Source: Candidatus Saccharimonadota bacterium (lineage in GTDB: Bacteria; Patescibacteriota; Gracilibacteria; UBA4473). From it: a DNA stretch of 32,000 nucleotides. Shown piece by piece: positions 1 to 8,612 of the stretch. Under the pieces are notes generated by a model. That model was not told the origin of the DNA, did not search any database, and worked only from the letters and a program-made list of their open reading frames with translations. How positions within the stretch are numbered: position 1 is the first letter of the stretch; every line of letters begins with the position of its first letter. Made by a program: the position numbers and the translations under genes. The stretch spans positions 690,001 to 722,000 of the forward strand of contig JAUIFI010000001.1 in the NCBI GenBank assembly GCA_030429505.1. The letters run 5' to 3'.

Positions 1-1104
1 GACTGTATCAACGATGTCGATTTCAGTACCAGAATTTTGAGAGCCACTTGGACTGCCAGGTCCGCCGTCAGCCCATGCAGTATTATTGGCGATGTCGATC
101 TGTTCGATTTGTCTTCCTGCTTTATTCCAAAAAGTCGTGATTGTATCAATAGTAATAGCACACGTCGGATCAGTATTCTGTACAGTTATATTTTCGAGAT
201 CAGTAAAAAGGATTCCTCCGACATCAGCTGAACTAGTATCAATAGTCAAAGTGCTGGCTTGAAAAGGACAAGAAGGACCGGAAAAGTCGATACTAACGGA
301 TTTTGAGCTGCCATCCGTCATAGTGAAAGTCATATCGAGAAGCACACCACTCATGTCACCATCAAATTGCAGATAATCCAAGTTTATAGCTCCGCCTCCG
401 GCTGTCAGGGTGACATTTTGAATGTCGATTTCTACCCCCGAACTTTGTGCACCACTAGGAGTGCCTGGGCCAGTATCAGACCATACGATATTTCCATCGA
501 TAGCCACTTCATCCATCAGGGTAAAGACATCCCAAGACACGGTTATTTTATCGAGGATAAGGTCGGTAGTACCAGTATTCTCCAGAGTAATTCCATTGAT
601 CCTGGTATTGCCTAAGGCTAAGCCAGCACTACTGGTATCAATAATCAGATCAGTCAGATCTGATATGACTCTCTGCCAATTGGTTAGGTACATTTCAGCA
701 CTGACAGTTCCTTGCCTTTGTGAACTTTGCTGCCAGGTAATAGTACTGGTGATATGTCTGGTTTGATCATTGATAGTGGTAATAGTGATTTGCCGAGTGA
801 ATATATCAGTTTGATCTTGCATTCCGGAAAGTATCCATTGATTGCCACTTTTGATTATTCCATGTTTACCATTCACAAGGAGTGAAAAACTATCATCTCG
901 GATGTTTCGGATAGCCTCCAACCCCTCTTCCGCCAACATTACCGCTCGAGCACGTTCGACTGATAGCTTTGTACTTTCTTGTCCATATAAAAAAGCGCCA
1001 ATAAATCCCATGACGATCAATCCGAGCAGTCCTGAAGCCAATACAATTTCTACCAGCGAAAATCCTGATTGGTTTGTACGGAAAAATTGAGGAGAAAAAA
1101 ACAT
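1..1104 (-). CDS. Large type IV pilin-like (pseudopilin) protein; 5' end complete, 3' end beyond the left window edge
   Basis: Absent from the ORF track because no stop lies in the window. Reverse complement from ATG at 1104-1102 reads MFFSPQFFRTNQSGFSLVEIVLASGLLGLIVMGF..., a prepilin-type G/FSLVE cleavage-methylation motif followed by a hydrophobic helix. It stays open for all 368 codons to position 1 and starts 5 nt after the stop of the preceding pseudopilin gene. Confidence 0.8.
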   Translation of the reverse strand, partial: MFFSPQFFRTNQSGFSLVEIVLASGLLGLIVMGFIGAFLYGQESTKLSVERARAVMLAEEGLEAIRNIRDDSFSLLVNGKHGIIKSGNQWILSGMQDQTDIFTRQITITTINDQTRHITSTITWQQSSQRQGTVSAEMYLTNWQRVISDLTDLIIDTSSAGLALGNTRINGITLENTGTTDLILDKITVSWDVFTLMDEVAIDGNIVWSDTGPGTPSGAQSSGVEIDIQNVTLTAGGGAINLDYLQFDGDMSGVLLDMTFTMTDGSSKSVSIDFSGPSCPFQASTLTIDTSSADVGGILFTDLENITVQNTDPTCAITIDTITTFWNKAGRQIEQIDIANNTAWADGGPGSPSGSQNSGTEIDIVDTV

Positions 1105-1109
1105 GTGAC

Positions 1110-1550
1110 TTAGTACTGAATCATACCTTTAGCATTGATCGTGAGAGAATGAATTTCATTGAGTGGACTGGTAAAGCTAAGCATTCCGGTGGTATTCGGC
1201 TCTCCAGATAATTTTGTAAAAACGATTTCTGTCAGCCCTGACGGGAGAAATCCATTAGGGATGGAAAATGATTCATCAAAGTTGGCATTCCGTGTCCCAA
1301 AACTCGCTCCCTGAAAAAGAGTTACTTGTCCTGTCTGAACCGATATGCCCCATGTCTGGTCACTATGTGAAGCCTGAGAAAGAAGTTGTGCTCGACGCAT
1401 AGTTTGAGCAACGATGTTGACCGCGATGCCACCTTCGTTATGAACTGCGAACGAACGGTACAAAGGAATCGAGAGTCCAGCCAGTAACGCAAATATTACA
1501 ATGGATAGAAGGATTTCTACCAGAGTGAAGCCTTTACTCGGTTTCATCAT
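1110..1550 (-). CDS. Prepilin-type N-terminal cleavage/methylation domain protein (minor pilin/pseudopilin)
   Basis: N-terminus MMKPSKGFTLVEILLSIVIFALLAG is the canonical G/FTLVE class III signal plus a hydrophobic helix. Size is 146 aa. It overlaps the pilC stop by 17 nt and lies in the pilus operon. Confidence 0.85.
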   Translation of the reverse strand: MMKPSKGFTLVEILLSIVIFALLAGLSIPLYRSFAVHNEGGIAVNIVAQTMRRAQLLSQASHSDQTWGISVQTGQVTLFQGASFGTRNANFDESFSIPNGFLPSGLTEIVFTKLSGEPNTTGMLSFTSPLNEIHSLTINAKGMIQY

Positions 1551-3033
1551 TTTCTAAAAGTTCTATGTATCTCCCAATGACCCAGCCGGTTTGATTTTCT
1601 GATATCTGAATCTCATACCAACCTTCACTTTCGGTGATGTACGGATATGTCTCCCCGGGAGAGACGGTCGCAATGATATTTCCATATGGTTCTGCCCTAG
1701 CATTGAGTGAGCCAGTTCCGGTAGGAAGGATAATGAGCTTTGAAACAGACTTTTCTGGGATCGTGGTTTCTTCTGAAACCGGAGGAATGATAATAATCTC
1801 TTCTGGAATATTTCTTTCTTGTATTGGTGGTGGAGAAATGGTTTTTGGGATCGGCGCAGGAGATGTAGTACTTGTGCTAGTTGTAGTAGCATTGTTAATA
1901 TTTCCTACTAAGTTATAGATAGGTAAGATAACACTAAGAGCTACCGAAATCACTCCTCCCCAAACAATGATGAGTAAAAGAGGTTCTAAAATGACAGTGA
2001 GGTTTTTGGTACTGTTTTCGGTTTTTTCCTCAAAAATATCTCCTATCTCCAACAATATATCTGGCAGATTCCCTGATTTTTCTCCAGACGTAATCATTTG
2101 CTGTATAGAAAGAGGGATGTACTCAGTGCTTGAGGGCAGTCCTTTAAATATCTTTTGGAACGAATCACCTTCATTTACTCCTTCTTGTATGTATTGATAA
2201 AATTTTTGATAACGCTGAAAGGTAGTCACTGATCCTAAGGATTTGAGGGATTCAATAATGGGAATCCCAGCCTGAAGTAAACTGCCAAAGATAGACCCAA
2301 ATCGTGCTAATTCTACCTCCTGGATAAGTGGTTTTATAAGTGGAAGTCGAAAGAGTATTCCTTGTCCGATAAATCTCGTTTTGGGAAATACAAATATGAA
2401 ATACAGCATGATCCCCAAACTAGCAATGGTTCCTGGAACGATCCATGATCCATGTACTTTCAAAAAATCACCAATACTCATGAGAAACCGAGTTACTACT
2501 GGAAGGTCAAGATTGAGTTGATCAAATACGACCGATAATCTTGGTAAAATAAACCAACCGATTCCTAAACCCACACATACGGTCAGACCCAATACGAGTA
2601 CAGGATAGAGCATGGCTGAGCGAAGACGAGATTTAAAATTTCGTTCTTTTTGTTGTTGTAAGTGAATAATCTTGAGATTTTGAGGAAGCCTCCCAGATTC
2701 CTCACCGATTCTAAAGAGCGCAATAATATGAGAGGAAAAGAGTTTCGTTTGATCGAGTGCTTTCCAAATGGGAATTCCATTATCCATATCAAGCTTGATA
2801 TGGTCGATAATCTTTTTCATGTACCCGGTTTTGACTCCGTCTTTTATGGCATCAAGTGCGGATAAGATATCGATACCTGAAGAAAGAAGCATACTCAGGT
2901 TTTCCATAAAATACTGTTTGTCTTCCTGAGTTGTCAAAAACACAATACCCCACTTTCTCCAACGAGAATTTGGTGGAGCTATGGAAGAAGAAATTTTTTT
3001 TGTTTGTTTTTTCATGGAGATCCGAAGATTCAC
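1534..3033 (-). CDS. pilC: Type IV pilus/T2SS platform protein (GspF/PilC family) with C-terminal Thr/Pro-rich linker and SH3b-like domain
   Basis: Two GspF-type repeats (MENLSMLLSSGIDILSALDAI...; GSLLQAGIPIIESLKSL...) and three hydrophobic segments. It sits directly downstream of pilB with a GTGA overlap; an alternative ATG lies at 3015. The last 122 aa are extra: TTTSTSTTSPAPIPK... followed by GSLNARAEPYGNIIATVSPGETYPYITESEGWYEIQISENQTGWVIGRYIE. Confidence 0.9.
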   Translation of the reverse strand: MNLRISMKKQTKKISSSIAPPNSRWRKWGIVFLTTQEDKQYFMENLSMLLSSGIDILSALDAIKDGVKTGYMKKIIDHIKLDMDNGIPIWKALDQTKLFSSHIIALFRIGEESGRLPQNLKIIHLQQQKERNFKSRLRSAMLYPVLVLGLTVCVGLGIGWFILPRLSVVFDQLNLDLPVVTRFLMSIGDFLKVHGSWIVPGTIASLGIMLYFIFVFPKTRFIGQGILFRLPLIKPLIQEVELARFGSIFGSLLQAGIPIIESLKSLGSVTTFQRYQKFYQYIQEGVNEGDSFQKIFKGLPSSTEYIPLSIQQMITSGEKSGNLPDILLEIGDIFEEKTENSTKNLTVILEPLLLIIVWGGVISVALSVILPIYNLVGNINNATTTSTSTTSPAPIPKTISPPPIQERNIPEEIIIIPPVSEETTIPEKSVSKLIILPTGTGSLNARAEPYGNIIATVSPGETYPYITESEGWYEIQISENQTGWVIGRYIELLENDETE

Positions 3034-4685
3034 GAAAGCTCACGAGGAGCAGCAACTCTCATCAATTCTTCGAGAGTCGTGATACCTTGTTTTACTTTTT
3101 CCATTCCGTTTTCAAAAAGAGTTTTAGAACCTTGTTTTTTCGCGAGCTTCCAGATTTGTTGGATAGATGGACTTTCTAAAATAAGCTCCTGCATTTCAGG
3201 AGTGATATGGATGAATTCGAATATAGCCTGACGATCTTTGTATCCAGTTTGTTTGCAAGATTCACAACCCTTTCCTTGATACAAGGTTACTTTTTGACTT
3301 TTAAAAAAAGAAGCAGCTTCGGGAGCAGTTTTAGCAATATCTTTTTTGTGTACCGTTATACTATGACGACAGTGTGAGCAGATTTTTCGAACCAAACGTT
3401 GTGCCACAATTACTTCGAGAGTTGAAGCGAGAAGAAAAGGCTCAACTCCCATATCTAAAAGACGTGGAAGCGCGGTAGCAGCATCATTAGCATGAAAAGT
3501 AGAAAGAAGAAGATGTCCAGTAAGTGCGGCATTGACAGAGATCTCTGCCGTGATGGTATCACGAATCTCCCCAACCAAAATAATATCAGGATCTTGCCGA
3601 ACAATTGATCGCAATCCTTTTTCAAAAGTCAGATCTGTGTCTGGATTGACCTGGATTTGATTGACTTTGGGTAAACGGTATTCGACGGGATCTTCGATGG
3701 TGGTGATATTTACTTCGGGCTTATGAAGTATTTTGAGGAGAGCATAAAGTGTTGTCGTTTTTCCAGCTCCCGTAGGACCGGTGACTAAAATCATACCAAA
3801 TGGTTTTTTGACGGACTCTTGAATTATTTTTTGATCAGAAGCAGCGAGCCCTAAATCCCCCAAGTCAAAACTTCGTATATATTGAGACATAAGTCGTATA
3901 ACGATTTTTTCCCCCTCCAAAGTCGGAACGATAGCCACTCGCATATCTACGATAAAACCCTTCTGACTAGTATAACGAATAGCTCCATCTTGGGGGACAA
4001 AATGTTGATCGATTCGTAACTGTGCTTGAACTTTGATGCGGTTGAGAATATTTTCATAGTATTCCTTTTCTATTTCGACCGTTTCTTGCATGACTCCATC
4101 AACTCGAAATCGAATAAGAGCATTATCTGATTGAGGTTCGATATGGATATCAGATACTTGCTCGGTAATCGCTTCTTCAAAAATTTCATGAATGAGCTCT
4201 GAGGCTACTTTAGTTTGTTTTTTAAGGATCGAGCTAAAACGAGTATCAAGTGATTGTCTGTAATGGACAAAAGCTCCTTCGATATGCTCGGGAAGAGCAT
4301 AGGAAAGGTTTATTTTTTTCTTAGAAAAGAGCGGTGCAAGGGATTTGATAAGGTCTTTTTGTTGCGGATTATCAGTAGCAATAACGACTTTTTTTTCTTC
4401 TTCATGAAAAAGGACGACATTATATTTTCGAGCTTGTTTTTCTGGGATATGAAGTACCTGATTTTTGGTAGGCGGATTAGCGGTAAGATCTGCATACGGT
4501 ACGTGAAAAGATTCGGCAAGGGCTTGTCCTAATAAAGAAGGACTAATGATTTTTTCAGATAACAAATAGTCTAAAAACGATCCCTTATGCTTTTGCGAAA
4601 AAGCCTCTGCTTTATCCATATTTTCCTGACTCACATAACTTTCCTTCAAAAGAAGATCTTTTATTTTTTGTATGTCAGCTTTCAT
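3030..4685 (-). CDS. pilB: Type IV pilus assembly ATPase (GspE/PilB family)
   Basis: Walker A GPTGAGKTTTLYA, Walker B/Asp box DPDIILVGEIRD, His box GHLLLSTFHANDA, and tetracysteine motif CSHC...CESC. The N-terminal region is T2SSE_N-like. Confidence 0.93.
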   Translation of the reverse strand: MKADIQKIKDLLLKESYVSQENMDKAEAFSQKHKGSFLDYLLSEKIISPSLLGQALAESFHVPYADLTANPPTKNQVLHIPEKQARKYNVVLFHEEEKKVVIATDNPQQKDLIKSLAPLFSKKKINLSYALPEHIEGAFVHYRQSLDTRFSSILKKQTKVASELIHEIFEEAITEQVSDIHIEPQSDNALIRFRVDGVMQETVEIEKEYYENILNRIKVQAQLRIDQHFVPQDGAIRYTSQKGFIVDMRVAIVPTLEGEKIVIRLMSQYIRSFDLGDLGLAASDQKIIQESVKKPFGMILVTGPTGAGKTTTLYALLKILHKPEVNITTIEDPVEYRLPKVNQIQVNPDTDLTFEKGLRSIVRQDPDIILVGEIRDTITAEISVNAALTGHLLLSTFHANDAATALPRLLDMGVEPFLLASTLEVIVAQRLVRKICSHCRHSITVHKKDIAKTAPEAASFFKSQKVTLYQGKGCESCKQTGYKDRQAIFEFIHITPEMQELILESPSIQQIWKLAKKQGSKTLFENGMEKVKQGITTLEELMRVAAPRELS

Positions 4686-4703
4686 GAACTATTTTTTATG
4701 TGT

Positions 4704-5081
4704 TTATTTTTTTTGAGAGAGAAGCTTTTTCACATATTCAACAAGATTGGATATTTCGGTATTTGATTTTACAAAATAATCTTCAGCTCCCAGAGATTTT
4801 GCTTTTTGAGCATCCTCTTCCTGACTGAGATTAGAAGTCACAACAATCCGATGCTTCTTTTTTTCTTTAGCAAGAGTTTCAAGTACTTGAAATCCGTCCA
4901 TTTTAGGCATAACCAGATCAAGAAGTACTAAATCAAAGTCTTCTTTCTTAATATAGCTAAGAGCCTCCTCACCATTCATAGCTACTTTTACATCAAACCC
5001 AGCATGACTGAGCTTCAATTCCAAAGCCATTACTAATGGCTTATCATCCTCAGCAATAAGGATCTTGTGTTTTTTAGACAT
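4704..5081 (-). CDS. Stand-alone response regulator receiver (CheY-like) protein
   Basis: ILIAEDDKPL..., DLVLLDLVMPKMDG (phospho-acceptor Asp context), and a conserved T/S and K further on. At 125 aa there is no output domain. It is the first gene of the pilus operon. Confidence 0.9.
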   Translation of the reverse strand: MSKKHKILIAEDDKPLVMALELKLSHAGFDVKVAMNGEEALSYIKKEDFDLVLLDLVMPKMDGFQVLETLAKEKKKHRIVVTSNLSQEEDAQKAKSLGAEDYFVKSNTEISNLVEYVKKLLSQKK

Positions 5082-5323
5082 ATTTATTCGGATATGCTTT
5101 TGACATCCTATCTCAAAAACAAGGAGACAAAAAGCTCCCTATTCTCATTTCTTTTTCTTTTTTTAATTTAAATTTAATATTAACTATCATGATGCTCGGC
5201 TATTGAAAAATCCGGTAATTAAAATAAAAAGGTATTGCATATAGAGGGGGTGTCTTTGCACTCGTGGCTGAGGTTTTATGGTATATAGATGGGTATTAGG
5301 AGAATTTATAATAAAAGGGCATT

Positions 5324-5803
5324 GTGAGTGCGGTGCTGAAGATATATCATGAAACTATACACGAGTTCATGAAAATAACTTTTGCCAAAAAACAGGAGCT
5401 CAAAACTTTGTCTGAGATAGTCGGGGAGAATTATTCTTCGCATGATCAAAAATTGGCTTTCAAAGAGCTAGAATGTATGTTTCAACCCCTCCCTCTTCGT
5501 CCCAAATATCTGGTAGCAAAAGAAGGAAATATAATCTTAGGTTTTTGTGGCTATGTACAATCATGGATAGATTATAGTGTTTATGAGATTTTTTGGGTTA
5601 ATGTGAAGCCTGAGTTTCAGGGGAAGGGTATCGGAACACAGCTCATTCAAAAAACCATTCAAAGCATCAAAAACATAAAAGACGAAAACAAAGCATTGGC
5701 TATTATCCTGACCTCAGAGAATCCAAAACTTTATGAAAAATGTGGATTCAGAATTATAAGCCATTATGCCAAAGATCAATGTCTGATGATACTAAGGCTG
5801 TAA
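5324..5803 (+). CDS. GNAT family N-acetyltransferase
   Basis: Acetyl-CoA binding motif VKPEFQGKGIGTQLIQ followed by a C-terminal NPKLYEKCGF segment. The start is uncertain: GTG at 5324, or ATG at 5369 (MKITFAKKQ). Confidence 0.75.
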   Translation: MSAVLKIYHETIHEFMKITFAKKQELKTLSEIVGENYSSHDQKLAFKELECMFQPLPLRPKYLVAKEGNIILGFCGYVQSWIDYSVYEIFWVNVKPEFQGKGIGTQLIQKTIQSIKNIKDENKALAIILTSENPKLYEKCGFRIISHYAKDQCLMILRL

Positions 5804-5901
5804 GATCATGCGTTCAGAAGTAATATCATATAAAATTAAACTAGTTTTACTTGATTTAAATTTATTTTAATTTTAAAAAACAATCACACTAAAAAAATGA
5901 A

Positions 5902-6417
5902 ATGCTAGCTGAAGTATGGGGTCAATATAAACCAAATATCAATAATTTTAGTAAATTCGAACGAAAAAACTCACCGCTTCCACCTTTGGATTTTGAATGT
6001 CTTGATATTCAAAATCTAACGAGTGAAAATAGATCAAAATTAAACACACCAATACCACTAGACGGAGTAGCAACATCAGTACTATCCTATAGAGGAAAAA
6101 TTGGACAAGTACTTAGTCTTAATGACCCCACTGAAGAAATTTGGGAAATAGTACAACTACAGGGAACAAGAAAAAGAGGATACAGAATAAATACCTCACT
6201 AAAAACTACCCAATTATGGGCAGACATAATAGAAAACTCAATACCACTAGCAAAAGAAACTGGCGTCTATCATCTAACCATACCAAACCCTTACCTCATA
6301 AGGAATATAACAAACGCTTCAAATATTGAAGAAGTTTTAAATCGATATCGAGCCTTAGCTCAAATATTAGGTATGAAATTTTCGAAAGAATTAAATGGTT
6401 TTATTCGAGATATTTAG
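5902..6417 (+). CDS. Hypothetical protein
   Basis: Uninterrupted 171-codon ORF with an ATG start in an AT-rich segment. I recognise no motif. Confidence 0.45.
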   Translation: MLAEVWGQYKPNINNFSKFERKNSPLPPLDFECLDIQNLTSENRSKLNTPIPLDGVATSVLSYRGKIGQVLSLNDPTEEIWEIVQLQGTRKRGYRINTSLKTTQLWADIIENSIPLAKETGVYHLTIPNPYLIRNITNASNIEEVLNRYRALAQILGMKFSKELNGFIRDI

Positions 6418-6423
6418 TCGTAC

Positions 6424-6666
6424 TTATTCTACTCCGAGTCCGTATTTGAGAATAAATTGACCGCGCTCCTTCTTATTCATCTCATCCCAATTGTCAGGCA
6501 GTTCGACACCAATACTAGCAAAGGTTTTGGCAATTTCTGCTTTTTTTTGCTCTTCGGTCATCTGAGCGACATCTGCAGGAGTAAGTTCGTCGGTATTTGG
6601 CATTGTTTTCTCACCGCATCCGATGAGGAGGAAAGTACAGAATATGGTAACAATGAGATTTTTCAT
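6424..6666 (-). CDS. Small lipoprotein
   Basis: The internal ATG at 6666 gives MKNLIVTIFCTFLLIGCGEK, a signal peptide plus lipobox L-I-G-C. The longer track ORF (to 6777) adds a non-signal-like extension, so I prefer the shorter start. Confidence 0.6.
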   Translation of the reverse strand: MKNLIVTIFCTFLLIGCGEKTMPNTDELTPADVAQMTEEQKKAEIAKTFASIGVELPDNWDEMNKKERGQFILKYGLGVE

Positions 6667-6784
6667 CCGACGTGATGAGTACCAAAAAATCAAACGAAAA
6701 ACAAGGATTTTCCAAAGAAGATTGTGATTGTGATTTTGCTTTCGAAGTATAAAATAAAAAAGCCTATTCTCTAACACTCACACA

Positions 6785-7324
6785 ATGGATCATCACGATC
6801 ACCACCTTCCCGAAAAAAATATTCAAACCTACTATCCTTTAATACTTGTACTCCTTTTTATCATCGGAGGAACATTGCACTTCGGTTGGTTGAGAGGAGA
6901 GTATAGTTTGTTTTTGACGGAATTTTATAGTTCCTTTGATCCTCGGAACTGGATGTTGGATTTCATGGGATTGTTTTTCATAGCATTTTCTTTCTTCAAG
7001 CTCCTCGATATTCCCGGATTTGCGAAAAGTTATCGTGGCTATGATATTCCGACCAAGCTATGGTCTGGATGGGGATATGTCTATCCTTTTGTGGAGTTGG
7101 CTCTGGGAATGCTCTATCTACACCGGATCGCCATCGAATGGACGAATATCGCGGTGGTGGTGATTTTGGGAATCAGCATCGTCGGGGTCATTCAGAGTGT
7201 CGTGGGAAAACGAAAGATACAATGCGCTTGTCTGGGGACAGGGTTTAACCTGCCGATGAGTACGGTAACGATTATCGAAGATGCGGTGATGATTTTGATG
7301 GCGGTGGGGATGTTGGTGGTTTAG
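6785..7324 (+). CDS. MauE/DoxX-like polytopic membrane protein with His-rich N-terminus
   Basis: Four to five hydrophobic helices and a C-proximal CACLGTGFNLPMS motif resembling the CGCFG motif of the MauE family. The N-terminus is MDHHDHH. The family call comes from my recollection of the motif, not a search. Confidence 0.5.
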   Translation: MDHHDHHLPEKNIQTYYPLILVLLFIIGGTLHFGWLRGEYSLFLTEFYSSFDPRNWMLDFMGLFFIAFSFFKLLDIPGFAKSYRGYDIPTKLWSGWGYVYPFVELALGMLYLHRIAIEWTNIAVVVILGISIVGVIQSVVGKRKIQCACLGTGFNLPMSTVTIIEDAVMILMAVGMLVV

Positions 7325-7333
7325 AGTATTTAA

Positions 7334-8206
7334 TTACTGCTTCTCCAAAAATTCTATCCAACCATCAAAGTCGAAAAGATCAGGTCCATAACCAATAGTA
7401 TTACTTAAAACACTAATAGTAGCTACAATGGCAGGTAAGTAATCAGAATCTCTAAGAACTCGCAAAGATTCAGAAAAAATTTCTTTTTTAGGTTTTTTTA
7501 CAATATCAAATAATAAGTAAAAACGATGATCATGGGGAATTCTTTTTTGCTCAACTAAATCAAATAACTCTCTTGTAGTAAAATTTTCAGCTTTTACATC
7601 CTTACCATCTTTCGGAAACTTCATACGTAAAGGAGATGAAGACAGAGATTTTAAATAAAGAGAAGTTAAATTCTGCTGAATAACAAGAACCTCTATCTTA
7701 GCAGTCGACGCCAAAGCATTATCTGTAGATGCTAATTCTACAAGCCTTTCGTATGATTTTCTGTCTCCTAAATTAGCAGCTCCTTTCAGTTGGGTAAGGA
7801 TCGTTAAATGCTCAAGTTGAACTTTTGCTTCATTTACTATTTTTTGCATCTCTTTAGAAAAAGGCTCAATAGAATTTTCTACAATATCTTCAACTTTATC
7901 TTCAGTATGCTTTTTAGCAGTTTCTTCAATTAAAATCTTTATATTTTTAGCAGAAAATTCAGCATCGAGTCTTTTTTGAACTTTTGTTTGCATATCATTA
8001 AATATTCCCCACCATCCCGCACCAAAAATAGTTACTATTATTGCTGTAACAATTCTAAATATATGCCAATTCTGCTTTTTTATCTCTTTTTTAGCCTCAG
8101 TAACTTTCTGATCAAATCTATCTTTAGCTCTATCAATCTTTTCATCAAAATGTTTTATCCATTCTAATTCTTTGTTTTTTTCTTTTTCAGTTTGAGATTT
8201 ATTCAT
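7334..8206 (-). CDS. Hypothetical membrane-anchored coiled-coil protein
   Basis: 290-codon ORF. It has a charged N-terminal helix, one TM segment (IFRIVTAIIVTIFGAGWWGIF) and then helical K/E-rich sequence. No family was recognised. Confidence 0.55.
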   Translation of the reverse strand: MNKSQTEKEKNKELEWIKHFDEKIDRAKDRFDQKVTEAKKEIKKQNWHIFRIVTAIIVTIFGAGWWGIFNDMQTKVQKRLDAEFSAKNIKILIEETAKKHTEDKVEDIVENSIEPFSKEMQKIVNEAKVQLEHLTILTQLKGAANLGDRKSYERLVELASTDNALASTAKIEVLVIQQNLTSLYLKSLSSSPLRMKFPKDGKDVKAENFTTRELFDLVEQKRIPHDHRFYLLFDIVKKPKKEIFSESLRVLRDSDYLPAIVATISVLSNTIGYGPDLFDFDGWIEFLEKQ

Positions 8207-8273
8207 AGCGATAAAATTCGAGCCGATACTACTCTAAAATTATAAACTATCCAATTTCAAGGCGTTGCTATTT

Positions 8274-8612
8274 TTAATTCTTCAAATACCCATCAAAAAA
8301 CTCCCTCGCATCCTCCACCGCCTCATCCCAATACGCTCCCCAAAAAACGTGCAAAGCCCCATCATACTCATGATACTCCACCTCCTTTCCGAGAGATTTC
8401 AAAATGTCACGAGTCGAACGTGACCACTCGATCGGCACGTCATCATCGGCTGTCCCGTGATGCATCGAGAGCGGAGTCTTAATCCGATCAAAATACGTCT
8501 GAGCTGACAACGCCCGAAAAGATTCAGCATCATCAATACTCCCAAAAGTCTCCTCAAAAAGCTTCCGGTTTTCCTCCGTCAAACGACGACGAGACCATTG
8601 CTCAAAATTTTT
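8274..8612 (-). pseudogene. C-terminal remnant of an alpha/beta hydrolase (S9 peptidase / dienelactone hydrolase-like)
   Basis: Encodes ...PLSMHHGTADDDVPIEWSRSTRDILKSLGKEVEYHEYDGALHVF..., the Asp and His regions of the catalytic triad. No GxSxG nucleophile segment precedes it. The frame is open up to the TAG at 8613-8615, which is the stop of the upstream repeat gene and lies in the same frame. The only possible start is a TTG at 8582. Confidence 0.6.

Noticed and set aside
37-1090. Plus-strand track ORFs (37-231, 367-615, 422-766, 842-1090)
   Set aside because: They lie antisense to a continuous 368-codon minus-strand ORF that has a textbook prepilin N-terminus. Several start at non-ATG codons and have no recognisable features.
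5082-5323. Divergent intergenic region with TTGACA-like hexamers and the AT palindrome ttaatttaaatttaa
   Set aside because: I could not pair any -35-like hexamer with a convincing -10 at proper spacing. AT-rich palindromes of this kind recur by chance in this composition.
6667-6777. N-terminal extensions of track ORFs (6424-6777, 9620-9733, 21028-21099, 25429-25605, 29940-30017, 18154-18183)
   Set aside because: Each extension precedes an internal ATG that yields a canonical signal peptide/lipobox or a conserved family N-terminus. Several extensions begin at TTG or GTG and overlap neighbouring genes or intergenic repeats.
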